From the NCBI GenBank assembly GCA_963924565.1, contig OZ004608.1, forward strand, positions 6,882,001 through 6,946,000: a stretch of DNA of 64,000 nucleotides, read 5' to 3'. This DNA comes from Ascidiella aspersa (taxonomy: Eukaryota). How positions within the stretch are numbered: position 1 is the stretch's first letter; every line of letters starts with the position of its first letter. The notes beneath the pieces are model-generated. The model was not told where the DNA came from and did no database searches. It saw only the letters and a list, made by a program, of their open reading frames with translations. The position numbers were made by a program, and so were the translations under genes. Shown here piece by piece: positions 38,934 to 52,822 of this stretch.

Positions 38934-41881
38934 ATGGTCACACTAGTCAATGTGATGATTGCATTTACTACTGCGACAAGCTCATTTGCGATGTGGCACC
39001 AATCGGACAACTTTGAATACAGCATTCAAAGCAATGTAAAGCGAACGTTTAAGGGAGCTGCTACGGCTTGCAGGGAAATGAATGCATCTCTGGTTAAAGT
39101 CAACTCGTCGATTATCCAAATGTTCTTAGCTCAGAAAATTAAAACAGGTAGCTTAAACAATTAAAGAGCGAATCAAACGTAACTCATATTTATCAATTAG
39201 ACAAATCATTCCTAAAGCTTAGTACTATTCTGGGTCACTATCCATTTTACGGAAGTTAGAATAATGTAGGCCTATTCGTTCGAACAAAATTGAGTCCCGA
39301 GTAAGACCAAAATAGAAATACACAAAGTCGGAAAAACTTGTAAAGCGGAATTAAACAAGCCTTTCAGAAAACAACCTAAACGGACAGAGTACGATTTTAA
39401 CAATCTCTACTCTAAACACACATAGAGTATTACTGAGTCTTTGGTTTAACTATTATGTAAGGTGTTATCTAAAATTTCGATTTAAATATTGAGCTTTATT
39501 GTTTTTAGTGTGCGTTTCATTGTTCAGGTTCACGCACTTACTATATTGGATTAACGAGAGGAACGGATGACAAGTTCAAATGGTTGGACGGATCAAGTTT
39601 AGCTTATACGAAATGGGAAAAGGGGGAGCCAAATGATTGGTGGTGGAATGAGGATTGTGTCGTGATGAAAGACAGTCCAGACTTTTTTTGGAATGATATA
39701 TCATGCAGCCGAAAAGAAAAATACATTTGTCAGAGACCAATTGGTATGTATACTGTATAGGCTATCCTTTACGTAGATTGTGAATGACCTACGTTATACC
39801 AACAACTAAATATAATTATAAAGAAAGATTAAATTATTAATTTCGTTTCTGAAAAAAAACATTGCTTTCCCTAAATTATTGCCTGTTCGTTGGCCGAAAC
39901 AAAAATATTATTTCTGATAGATTACCGAATCACTTAAACCCGATTGTGTGAAATGAAACATGCCTGCATAAAGTGCCTGATGAAGTGTCTCGGAAAATGC
40001 ATACATGATTGATTGATTGTGTATAAACAACGTAAAGTTATAAATATCTAGCCTTGGAAATATCTACCACCACCCATGTTGTTGTATCCAATAGCTTTGT
40101 TAGTTACGTTCATATTGAAGGTTTAGCATTTAATATTTTTGTTTTGTAGTTTTATGTATTTACGTTGTTTACAGAGCTACTTAGCCCTACAACAGCTTCG
40201 TCGACTCATCAAACAACTTTTGAAGGCTTCACTAATGCGGTGATAAACCCCACAACTGTTAACAATAATGCACTAACCAAGAACGTTCCAAAAGGTAGCC
40301 ATTGACTTCACTTTCTTAAACGTAATGTACAGTAAAACGACAATTCATCAAAATTATTTGGTTTCGAAAACAGTTTAACACTCTTTGTAGAACAAACTAA
40401 ATATGAGCCCACTATCACGGATATGACGTCATACGAAGGAAAAACAATAAGCAGCAGATCGTCATCAGGTCACGTGTTTTTCTATGCAATTTGGCAAAAG
40501 TTAATTCGCATTAAAAGCGTAGCATTAATTGCGGAAGCATTTTGATTTTGCAAAACGATTATAGCCTTATTTGTAACGTAAAGGCTCTACTTGCAGACGG
40601 CCTTACGGAGACGTATGCAAAGGAATCTGGATCCTCAACTGTTGTAATAATTGCATCGATCTCCGGAGTTGTGCTTCTTTGCCTTGCAGCTCTTGCTGTA
40701 GCATTGTGCATAAGGTGAGTTGAACTGCTTATAACATGTGTAGGTTAAGAGTCTAAATTGTTTAAAGGCGCCATGTTCCTTTTTTCAGGAAGAGCAGAGC
40801 GGTCGAGCAACAACCAAGCATTAATCACGATGAAGGTTAGTGTTACATTACCAAAGTATAGGACAATTCTCGCATATCTTGCCTTCTAAAAGCTCAAATT
40901 GAATTAGCCGGATGGTCAATAGTGTTGTTCGACACTTCTTATTCTATTCCGATACAAATATATAAACCCCGAGAACCACGTTTATTGTTAACATGCTCTT
41001 TCTAAGAAATTTACGTTTCATAGTGGAAAACGCTCACAGTGGCAAAATGCTTTGTTCTGACTTAAAAACGCTTATTTAGCATAGTTTAGTATACGATATG
41101 TAACGATACCACGCTACTATCGTACGAGAACAAATACTATAGTATCGAGGATCGGTTGTTGTAATGGTAATCGACATTTCGAAAAGTGACCAGGTTTGTT
41201 TCACATCCGGCCGTAAATGATTTCATCCGAAGTTGTTCATTTGTGTTTTAAGCAACTATATGTGTTATTATTTAACTAAGTTAAGTACATAAAAATTGAT
41301 GACATTTTAATTGAAATAGTTGTCGGAAACAAATCTTATTCTAAATTTGCTGATAGGTAATCAGGCCACGTCTCGGAATGTGAACGAAATGCCTCCAAAC
41401 AACGAATACTCGACTTTAAACTTGGAAACTACTTCTCAACCTCACAGCAGTGGTCAAAATGCGTCTGAAACTGGCAACGAATATTCGCATCTTAACTTAT
41501 CCGGAATAGCAACTGGAAATGTCAACTCACAAGAACAGGCGGTGTACTCCGTGGCAACGATTGGTAAGCCTTTAACATAGATGTCCTAGGAATTACATTC
41601 ATTTCAAATTACATATATATATATATATATCAACTGTTAATAAACGGCGCCAAAACTTTTCGTCAGAAACAAAGAAAAAGTCCAATGAAAAGGAAACTGT
41701 GGCTAACACGCTTTACGGAAAAAGGAACAGTTACACTGAGAAGGAAACTGTGGCTAACCCGCTTTACGGAGACAAGAACCCCTCCTCGGAGAAGGAAACT
41801 GTTGCCAATCCTCTCTATGCTTCCTCCAACCACGAGCAGCATTCAACGCCTGATGATTTGTACTCGCAAGTAAAAAAGTGA
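38934..41881 (+). CDS. Gene 6: intact EPN/WND type I TM lectin receptor, tail with YxxL motifs, NPLY repeats and C-terminal LYSQVKK
   Basis: Exons 38934-39147, 39528-39743, 40175-40294, 40391-40468, 40597-40714 (TM VVIIASISGVVLLCLAALAVALCI), 40789-40835, 41357-41563 (NEYSTL, NEYSHL, AVYSVA), 41667-41881 (NTLY, NPLY x2, DDLYSQVKK*). Confidence 0.9.
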
Positions 41882-43022
41882 TAAAACACCTGTTTCGCGA
41901 TTTCTCATAAAGTTCCTTTGTGATACGTAATAAGAATATCAAAGTCCATACACACACACACACATATATATATGTATATGATATAAAACACTAATAATCA
42001 GGAGCTCTTTCTATGTTCAAAATGAATATAGAGTTATTCCAAACGTCAAAATGCTACCTACTTTTGTTTGGGCTTTGGTTTTATTACTACGTCCATCTAC
42101 ATCCTCCAACCATTAGTTATCTTAAGATATATTCCAAACGTCAAAATGCTACCTACTTTTGTATGAGCTTTGGTATTCTTATCACGTGCTACTACAACCT
42201 TCAACTATTATGCTGCAAAGTTTTGTTGTAATCTTTTTTAGTTTTCCCTTATGTTTTACTATCATCGAAACATTTAGTGCAACGTAACGGTAAATCTGGA
42301 AGGCTGACAGTAAACACTGTCAAATTTCGTTCATGAGTATTGTTGCACCCAAGTCAAGTATTGTTTAGAAATATAGTGTTGAATACCAAATCACGGCAAC
42401 TAAAATTGCACGGGAGTTTTACTTGTGTCTTGCAATGCACTTGAGTTTGTTTTTGACAAATTCTGTCGTAATTCGATGATTCGCAACAACTTTGGGTAAT
42501 ACTATATGGAGAAACCGCAAGTGGGCTTCTTTCCAATTAAACATCTTTTAGGTTTTTTAACATTGGGTATGGTTGGGATTATGTGAGATTATAACAAATC
42601 AATTTGTCATAAATCTGGTTTCACTGACATAAACACATTATATTAACCCGCTGTCTTTAGCGTAAAATCCATTACAGGAGATATTAACGGTTTTTCAATG
42701 TCTGTAACGTATTGCTTGCTTTATTCTTGTACCGTGATATAAAATTACTGTATTTTGTCAAGTTATTGCATTACCGTTATTTCATAATTTTTTTCATTTT
42801 TTAGTATTTTTATATTGCATAAAACTGGCCTTAATTTGTAGATTTAATTCAACATATTCTTCTGGTGATCTATTGTGTTCTTCTTCACTTCGCCAAACAT
42901 TGGTGAACAGTTAATCGATTTGTTTGTATTTGATGCAGCTTTACCATATTCTATTGCCTTTCATCGTTTTACATTGCATTTTGTCCTTTTCTGTTGCTTT
43001 TTTATTTGTTCAGTGTTCGATT

Positions 43023-43817
43023 TAGGGTTAGTCGGACATCAATAATTTTTACTATCCGGATAACGGATATATCCGTATATTTGGAATTTATCTAACCGGT
43101 CAACCGGATAATAACTGCTAAGTGAGATAATCGATTTTACGAGGTTTGCATGAAAAATTAATTGTAAAATCATTACACAGTTTTATTGTAGATCTTCGTA
43201 CACGCGCAGTACGAGAAAAATCACGCAAAAGCTCTTCAACTGACACTACCAGACTTTACCTTGCCATGAGAATGCAGTCTTCTATTAATAGAATCATTCA
43301 TTATGCTTTCTTTGTGACGTGATAGTAAATTCCACTCGTGCATTTTACGAGTACCATAGTTGAAAGTATAAGACAATAGAAGTGTGAACAAAGGTTTAAT
43401 TGCGCTCAGCGGGAGTCAGCCTATACGTCAGTGGTTCTCAACCTTTTTGTACCCGTAACGCCTTTTTGATGCTTTCAAATGGTCGCGGACCCCTTACATT
43501 TTTATGGTGGAATATCTGCGTTGATAGTTCTTTTTAATAATTCAGTATATCTGCACTGTACCTTATGTTGAATAAATTTACAGACAACACCAAACTACTT
43601 TATAACACGTTTATTTTAATGTGATTTCTGCTGCGGACCCCTGGTTGAGAACCACTGCTGTACGTAACATAGAATGTTCAAACTTACTAAAAACTGTAAA
43701 ACGCATTAGCAACGATACTCTTTTAGTCGGTTAACCGGCAGAATTATATCCGGATATCATATAGAAAAAAAAAACTGCGGTTAATCGGTTAACCGTTATC
43801 CGGATAATCTAACCCTG
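43023..43817. mobile_element. hAT-like MITE copy 2 with nested MITE at 43429-43657
   Basis: TAGGGTTAG...CTAACCCTG, TSD gttcgatt; nested CAGTGGTTCTCAACC...GGTTGAGAACCACTG. Confidence 0.88.
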
Positions 43818-46800
43818 GTTCGATTTCGCTTTTCACGAAACCGCAAACCTACTTCTAAACACACTTAGATTAACTTTTAGCCTAGTGTTGCACAATTTTA
43901 CAATTTTTTTGAGTTATTTTGATTTCAATGATTTTATTGATCTATATTTTTAACACTGAACATATTAGCCGTATAACCGATTAATGAGTTTTGTTTAAGA
44001 ACTAGAAGGTAGATGTTTTTTTGAATGGTTGCTATAATCTAAGTAAGTTATAAGTTGATGTATTCAAGAAAAACAAAATAAATAAAATGCGGGACGCATG
44101 GTTTGCTGGTCGTTTATTACTGTATATTATTACAAACCTAAAAATATTTACGAAAATAATACATAAAGTAGTGTAATACAGCTAAGTATTCACCAACCAA
44201 AGTCTGATATTAATATATGCATTTCCAAAGACAAAGTGCGCGTAGTACTTTTAGGCAGAAATGAAACCTTTGCTTCATTATGTGCTAGTTCAAAGTGTTC
44301 GTATGTCAGAAAGGAAGATCCATGGCGTTTTTGAACGTCATTGTTAAAAGTGTTGTTTATAGGTAAAGTTGCCATATGGTCAATTCGATGTTAATTAGTC
44401 CTTTCTGGTATAAAACTTTAATTGAGTCGTTAAACACATTTTTACGGCAGTACCCACAGTCGGCCGGAGCGTCTTTGGTTTTGCAAGAATTATCATTGAC
44501 TTGTTATGCTTCGTAATAGTGGCTATTATGATTTAAAATTTTGGCTCACATGCCTAGCACGTGTTTCTGTGAAATATATCTCTCATTTGTTGATTGAAGG
44601 AAGTTTGCAGATCAACCACTGAACAAAATCATCTGTTGACATTTACTTTTTTGAGTGAAAAATTTTAGCCGCCAATTGCGCTAACATTATAAATAGCGGT
44701 CAGTTTTTCTGCTATATTTTTCTCTACAACACTTCCCTAATGCTTCAAATGTTTCGCAGACCGCCTGTATGTCACATCGAATAAAATTTTGCATTCATAG
44801 CACTTTATTTCAGTGACGTTACCATCTTATCTATTCATAAAATAAAACTATAATATTTATGTGTGTTTCAATAAAAAAAAATATTTTGCTTTGTCAGTTG
44901 GGCAGCTTCAGTTAAAGACTATTTAACTTTTGTCATTTGGAAACAATCTCGTTTTAAAATATGTTTAAACGAAAGGCAAAAATAATGAAAATTATAGAAA
45001 TAAACAATAAAGAACAATAAATGTGCCCGTAAAGAAATGTATATCGGTCTCAAAACGCTGCACGATGCTGTTGCTACCAAGCAAACCAGGCTAAATCTTG
45101 CGTTCAAACTCAAGCATGTTTGACGCACTACAAACAAGTAACGTCACAGGATATTAGGTAATTAATTAACCAGGTTCAATACACTCTTAACATGAGTTTG
45201 TATTACGTTCAGGATGCCTATTCCACTTTATGCGGACCAACTACAGAATCGTATATAGTTACTCCAATGCAACGCGATTAAATTCCGTGGTAAATACAAC
45301 AGATTTAAAAACAAGCAAAATTATTAAAATTCATCTTAACCTTGATAGGTGCTATTTTCACTCGATATTATTTAGATGTATATTGCGAACAACCGAAACA
45401 GCAGAAAAAAAATATTTTCAAATAAAACTGAAAGTTGATTTCCATGAATAACGACGTTTACATTAAGTTGTTAATATATAGGCTATAGCTCTTTATATTT
45501 CGTGAATCCCAGTGTCATTAATTATCTTATCTTGTAACAAAGTAATGGTTAGTTGAAGCTCTTTGCAAGGTGACAGCCAGGCAAGAGATATTTGTTTTAT
45601 TGTAAAACGCCTGAACGAAATTCATTAAGTTATTGTACAACACCTAAACGATAGGCCTATACTTATTAACACTTATCAACGACATTTAATTATTAAATAG
45701 TTAAAATAAAAGTCTAAAACAGCGAGTTGGAATGTTTATATTTTTAGGATTTCTTTCAGTACCCCTTTAGGCAATAGAAATGCCAATTAGCCTGTCCTAT
45801 ATAATGTTTGAGTTTTAGTTTAAATACGCCAAAAAAAGATCCATTAAAGTGCTCATGCCGACACTTTTTGAGTTTGTACAGTTATATACAACCTTGGGAA
45901 GTAATGTTTTGTACTTTTATAGAAATATTGCTCCTTAACAAGTTGTCTTAATATGGTTAAAATTTAAATTTCCAGCCAATAATGGTAAACTTTTTAACAA
46001 CAGACGTTGGTCTATTTCACTCAGTGCTGCATAAAATCTCTACATTGTTCGTGCAATTATGTAAAATGAAGAGTACGAAGAACTGATCGTAAAATGTTAT
46101 CAATTGTTATCGCGTAAAATTGCGGTTTTCTTATGTGAAATAACCCAAAATAAAAATAGCTAAAGTTGTTGATTTGTTCGTAAATATTAACTTATGGTTC
46201 GTTTTACGAGGTTGGCAATTTTAACTTCATTGTTCTGCGTTTGAGGTTGAGCGTTAAACCGGCCAACTAGATAAAATACAAGCAGAAACAGTTTAGGCTA
46301 CGATGTCAATTGGATTGGTTACATCTACTAATTTCGCCCTTAGCACATTACTCTGCAATATAAATTTGATGGAAAGCTTGCCCTATACGCCATATGAGGA
46401 AAATTAGGGCTCTTATTATTTTTTTTTATATAAGTAACGCTTCACGATTTATATGCCAGGGTTATTCATGGACTTCTGTAACCTTGATGAAGACACTCGT
46501 AGAACGAACTGAACACAAGATTCACGTAGAACGAACTGAGCGCGAAAGGTTCCTCAATAGCATTACTCACAAGACGTGCTGGTTCGTTGTGACTGATTCA
46601 ATGTTAAGCCTGTTCAAAAATATTCTTTCAAGTTGTGGAAATGACACATCGCACGGGTATAGCAATCACAGTAGCTTAACCAGTTTTAGGCGATTTTCAT
46701 GCAGCCATTCAGTTATTAAGTAAATAGTGATAATCTTCAAAACGTAATTTCTTCGTGCTTCACTTGACTAAATTACCTGAAGGTATAGACGTTAAGTTAT

Positions 46801-47230
46801 TGAATCATTCCTATACACATTGTGTGATTAGAACCTTATGAAGTCCCACCGACCAACGATAACGGCAAGCATTACATAGTCCACCAGATGCCTTCGGAAT
46901 AGTCTATCAAGCACAGTAAGCCTTATCAGGATTATCGTACCAGAAAAGCAAGAAAAGAAAAATCTAGCCTTGAGTAAGTTTCGAGCTCACGACCTCAGGC
47001 AAAACGGGGACTGTCGCACGACCGAATTCGTTAATAGTTATACCCTATAAATTGTTAGATCTGCCCCTGGTAGCAGACGCTAGCGGTTTATCAATTAAAT
47101 AAACAAATTATCAAGTATTGCTAATGAAGAAAGTCGTACAAATTCATTTGAAACTTAGCACGGAAGAAGAGGCGACCAAAAACCATACTTTGCTGTAAGT
47201 TACGAATTTCAGCCTGTGCCTCACATATAT

Positions 47231-47355
47231 TGATTAAGTAAAAGGCGGTATTTCAATGGAATGGATAGTACAAGATTAAGTAAAAGGCGGTATTTCAATG
47301 GAATGGATAGTACAATGATTAAGTAAAAGGCGGTATTTCAATGGCATGGATAGTA
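47231..47355 (+). repeat. 43-bp minisatellite, 3 copies
   Basis: Same unit as at 29479. Only a single copy occurs upstream of gene 8 (~56644). Confidence 0.9.
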
Positions 47356-47707
47356 TGAGTGTTGTTGAACCTCAGTTGTTAAATATTAAATTAAAATTTA
47401 TTCTATTTCATAACGAAGTTAATATTCAATTAATCATACTTTGTGATGAAGCAAAAACTTCCGTGAGCTTTGTGTTGCGGCTTGCTATAAAGGTTATAAC
47501 CTGTCTAGCATACACACTATATAAATTGAAAGAATACGCTTCGGTGTTACCAAGTGATTGTACTGCACTAGAACAATATATGACTGTGGGCGAATAGTTT
47601 GTCTGAAAGAATGACCGCATTACGTCACTGCTGATGTAGTTAGTAGTCTGTACAGCTTTACCCACGGCATTCATTTGCGATTCTCAGCAACTTCTGGTTG
47701 GTTTAAG

Positions 47708-50700
47708 ATGGTCACACTAGTCAATGTGATGATTGCATTTACTACTGCAACAAGCTCATTTGCGATGTGGCACCAATCGGACAACTTTGAATACAAAACT
47801 GAAAGCAATGGAAAACGAACGTTTAAGGGAGCTTCTACGGCTTGCAGAGAAATGAATGCAACTCTGGCCAAAGTCAACTCTTCGGTTATCCAAATGTTCT
47901 TAGCCCAGAAAATTAAAAGAGGTAGCTTAAACAATTAAAGAGCGAATCACACGTAACTCATATTTATGAAATAGACAAATCATTCCTAAAGCTTAGTACT
48001 ATTCTGGGTCACTATCCATTTTACGGAAGTTAGAATAACGTAGGCCTAATCGTTCGAACAAAATTGAGTTCCGAGTAAGACCAAAATAGAAATACACAAA
48101 GTCGGAAAAACTTGTAAAGCGGAATGAAACAAGCCTTTCAGAAAACAACCTAAACGTACAGAATACGATTTTAACAATCTCTACTCTAAACACACAAAGG
48201 GTATTATTAAGTCTTTGGTTTAACTATTTTGTTGGTTAGTAAGGTGGTATCTAAAGTTTCGATTTAAATATTGAGCTTTTATTGGTTTTAGTGTGCGTTT
48301 CATTGTTCAGGTTCAAGCACTTACTATATTGGATTAACGAGAGGAACGGATGACAAGTTTAAATGGTTGGACGGATCAAGTTTAGCTTATACGAAATGGG
48401 AAAAGGGGGAGCCGAATGATTGGCTGTGGAATGATGAGGATTGTGCCGTGATGCAAGACAGTCCAGACTTTCTTTGGAATGATATATCATGCAGCCGAGA
48501 AGAAGCATACATTTGTCAGAGACCAATTGGTATGTATGCTCTGTGGGCTACCATCAAGATTTTGAATGACCTAAGTAATATCAGCAACTAAATATATATA
48601 TAAAGCAAAATTAAAGTTCTAGTTTTGTTTCTGCAAAAATATTGTTCCTCCTAAATAATTGCCTGTTTGTTAGACGAAAAGCAATATTCTTTCTGATAGA
48701 TTACAGGATTAGTCATGCACGATTTTGTATACCGAAACAAAATTTCACACAATACGTGAAATGTCAAATTGTGATTGTGTGATTGTGTATATAAATTTGT
48801 ACACATATCAGAACGGTACACAATCCATAATAATCTATAACCTTCGGGTTTTAACCAAAATGATTCCATATCCTAATAAATCTCTACAAATATAGTAAGG
48901 CTAGAAATATGTAGCCTTAGAAATATCTACCACCACCCCATGTTGTTGTATCCAATAGCATTGTTAGTTGTGTTCATATTGAAGGTTTAGCATTTAACAT
49001 TTTTGTTTTGTAGTTTTATGTATTTACGTCGGTTTACAGAGCTACTTAGCCCTACAACAGCTTCGTCGACTCATCAAACATCTGTTGAAGGCTTCACTAA
49101 TGCGGTGATAAACCCCACAACTGTTAACAATAATGCACTAACCAAGAACGTTCCAAAAGGTAGCCATTGACTTCACTTTCTCAAACGTAATGTACAGTAA
49201 AACGACAATTCATCAAAATTATTTGGTTTCGAAAACAGTTTAACCCTCTTTGTAGAACAAACTAAATATGAGCCCACTATCACGGATATGACGTCATACG
49301 AAGGAAAAACAATAAGCAGCAGCTCGTCATCAGGTCACGTGTTTTTCTATGCAATTTGGCAAAAGTTAATTCGCATTAAAAGCGTAGCATTAATTGCGGA
49401 AGTATTTTGATTTTGCAAAACGATTATAGCCTTATTTGTAACGTTAAGGCTGTACTTGCAGACGGCCTTACGGAGACGTATGCAAAGGAATCTGGATCCT
49501 CAACTGTTGTAATAATTGCATCGATCTCCGGAGTTGTGCTTCTTTGCCTTGCAGCTCTTGCTGTAGCATTGTGCATAAGGTGGGTTGAACTGCTTATAAC
49601 ATGTGTAGGTTAAGAGTCTAAATTGTTTAAAGGCGTCATGTTCCTTTTTTCAGGAAGAGCAGAGCGGTCGAGCAACAACCAAGCATTAATCACGATGAAG
49701 GTTAGTGTTACATTACCAAAGTATAGGACAATTCTCGCATATCTCGCCTTCTAAAAGCTCGAATTGAATTAGCCGGATGGTCAATAGTGTTGTCTGACAC
49801 TTATTATTCTATTCCGATACAAATATATAAACGCCGAGAAGCACGTTTATTGTTAACATGATCTTTCTAAGAAATTAACGTTTCATAGTGAGAAACGCTC
49901 ACAATGGAAAACGCTCACAGTGGCAAAATGCTTTGTTCTGACTTAAAAACGCTTATTTAGCATAGTTTGGTAAACGATATGTAACGATACCACGCTACTA
50001 TCGTACGAGAACAAATACTATAGTATCGAGGATCGGTGGTTGCAATGGTAATCGACATTTCGAAAAGTGACCAGGTTTGTTTCACATCCGGCCGTAAATG
50101 ATTTCATCCGAAGTTGTTCATTTGTGTTTTAAGCAACTATATGTGTTATTATTTAACTAAGTTAAGTACATAAAAATTGATGACATTTTAATTGAAATAG
50201 TTGTCGGAAACAAATCTTATTCTAAATTTGCTGATAGGTAATCAGGCCACGTCTCGGAATGTGAACGAAATTCCCGCAAACAACGAATACTCGTCTTTAA
50301 ACTTGGAAACTACTTCTCAACCACACAGCGGTGGTCAAAATGCGTCTGAAACTGGCAACGATTATTCGCATCTTAACTTATCCGGAATAGCAACTGGAAA
50401 TGTCACCTCACAAGAACAGGCGGTGTACTCCGTGGCAACGATTGGTAAGCCTTTAACATAGATGTCCTAGGAATTACATTCATCTAAAATCAACTAGCTT
50501 GGGATAGTGCAACGGCGGGCCTGCAAACTGAAGTCAAACATATTGACTCTGATTTTAATTGTATTTCCTCAAGACAAGAAATAATCAAGAAGAAACAATC
50601 AATCAATTATTGAATATCTCTAATTAATTAATTGAAATTATAGCCTATTTATATAAGCCTTTGTTTTAAAATATATTTTTTTTCAAACAACATACTCATA

Positions 50701-51024
50701 ACAGTAACACCCGAACCATTTAAAAATGAAAACATTTAGTAAGAATTTTTAAATTACATATATATATATATATCAACTGTCAATAAACGTCGCCAAAACT
50801 TTTCGTCAGAAACAAAGAAAAAGTCCAATGAAAAGGAAACTGTGGCTAACCCGCTTTACGGAAAAAGGAACAGTTACACTGAGAAGGAAACTGTGGCTAA
50901 CCCGCTTTACGGAGACAAGAACCCCTCCTCGGAAAAGGAAACTGTTGCCAACCCTCTCTATGCTTCCTCCAACCACGAGCAGCATTCAACGCCTGATGAT
51001 TTGTACTCGCAAGTAAAAAAGTGA
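47708..51024 (+). CDS. Gene 7: intact EPN/WND type I TM lectin receptor, NPLY x3 and LYSQVKK tail
   Basis: Exons 47708-47921, 48311-48529 (EPNDWLWNDEDC...WND), 49040-49159, 49256-49333, 49462-49579, 49654-49700, 50238-50444, 50810-51024. Confidence 0.9.
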
Positions 51025-52052
51025 TAAAACACCTATTTTGCGATTTCTCATAAAGTTCCTTTGTGATACGTAATAAGAATATCAAAGTCCATACACACAC
51101 ACGCATATATGATATAAAACCAATAATCAGGAGCTCTTTCTATGTTCAAAATGAATATAGAGTTATTCTAAACGTCAAAATGCTACCTACTTTTGTTTGG
51201 GCTTTGGTATTCTTACCACGTGCTACTACAACCTTCAACTATTATGCTGCAAAGTTTTGTTGTAATCTTTTTTAGTTTTCCCTTATGTTTAACCATCATC
51301 GAAACATTTAGTGCAACGTAACGGTCAATCTGGAAGGCTGACAGTAAACACTGTCAAATTTCGTTCATGAGTATTGTTGCACCCAAGTCAAGTATTGTTT
51401 AGAAATATAGTGTTGAATACCAAATCACGGCAACTAAAATTGCACGGGAGTTTTACTTGTGTCTTGCAATGCACTTGAGTTTGTTTTTGACAAATTCTGT
51501 CGTAATTCGATGATTCGCAACAACTTTGGGTAATACTATATGGAGAAACCGCAAGTGGGCTTCTTTCCAATTAAACATCTTTTAGGTTTTATTAACATCG
51601 GGTATGGTTGGGATTATGTGAGATTATAACAAATCAATTTGTCATGAATCTGGTTTCACTGACATAAACACATTATATTAACCCGCTGTCTTTAGCGTAA
51701 AATCCATTACAGGAGATATTAACGGTTTTTCAATGTCTGAAACGTATTGCTTGCTTTATTCTTGTACTGTGATATAAAATTACTGTATTTAGTTATTGCA
51801 TTACCGTTATTTCATAATTTTTTTCATTTTTTAGTATTTTAATATTGCATAAAACCGGCCTTAATTTGTAGATTTAATTCAACATATTCTTCTGGTGATC
51901 TCTTGTGTTCTTCTTCACTTCGCCAAACATTGGTGAACAGTTAATCGATTTGTTTGTATTTGATGCAGCTTTACCATATTCTATTGCCTTTCATCGCTTT
52001 ACACTGCATTTTGTCCTTTTCTGTTGTTTTTTTATTTGTTCACTGTTCGATT

Positions 52053-52822
52053 TAGGGTTAGTCGGATATCAATAATTTTTACTGTCCGGATAACGGATAT
52101 ATCCGTATATTTGGAATTTATCTAAGCGGTTAACCGGATAATAACTGCTAAGTGAGATAATCGATTTCACGAGGTTTGCATGAAAAATTAATTGTAAAAT
52201 CATTACACAGTTTTATTGTAGATCTTCGTACACGCGCAGTACGAGAAAAATCACGCAAAAGCTCTTCAACTGACACTACCAGACTTTACCTTGCCATGAG
52301 AATGCTTTCTTTGTGACGTGATAGTAAATTTCACTCGTGCATTTTGCGAGTACCATAGTTGAAAGTATAAGACAATAGAAGTGTGAACAAAGGTTTAATT
52401 GCGCTCAGCGGGAGTCAGCCTCTACGTCAGTGGTTCTCAACCTTTTTGTACCCGTAGCGCCTTTTTGATGCTTTCAAATGGTCGCGGACCCCTTACATTT
52501 TTATGGTGGAATATCTGCGTTTATAGTTCTTTTTAATAATTCAGTATATCTGCACTGTACCTTATGTTGAATAAATTTACAGACAACACCAAATTACTTT
52601 ATAACACGTTTATTTTAACGTGATTTCTGCTGCGGACCCCTGGTTGAGAACCACTGCTCTACGTAACAAATAATGTTCAAACTTACTAAAAAGTGTAAAA
52701 CGCATTAGCAACATACTCTTTTAGCCGGTTGACCGGCAGAATTATATCCGGATATCAGATAGAAAAAAAAACTGCGGTTAATCGGTTAACCGGTTAACCG
52801 TTATCCGGATAATCTAACCCTA
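52053..52822. mobile_element. hAT-like MITE copy 3 with nested MITE at 52428-52656
   Basis: TAGGGTTAG...CTAACCCTA, TSD gttcgatt; nested element with TSD ctctacgt. Confidence 0.88.

Noticed and set aside
30043-51024. Genes 5-7 as purely false duplications of alleles
   Set aside because: There are four distinct units with many private indels, TE insertions and coding differences, more than two haplotypes can explain. Local mis-joins cannot be excluded without reads.
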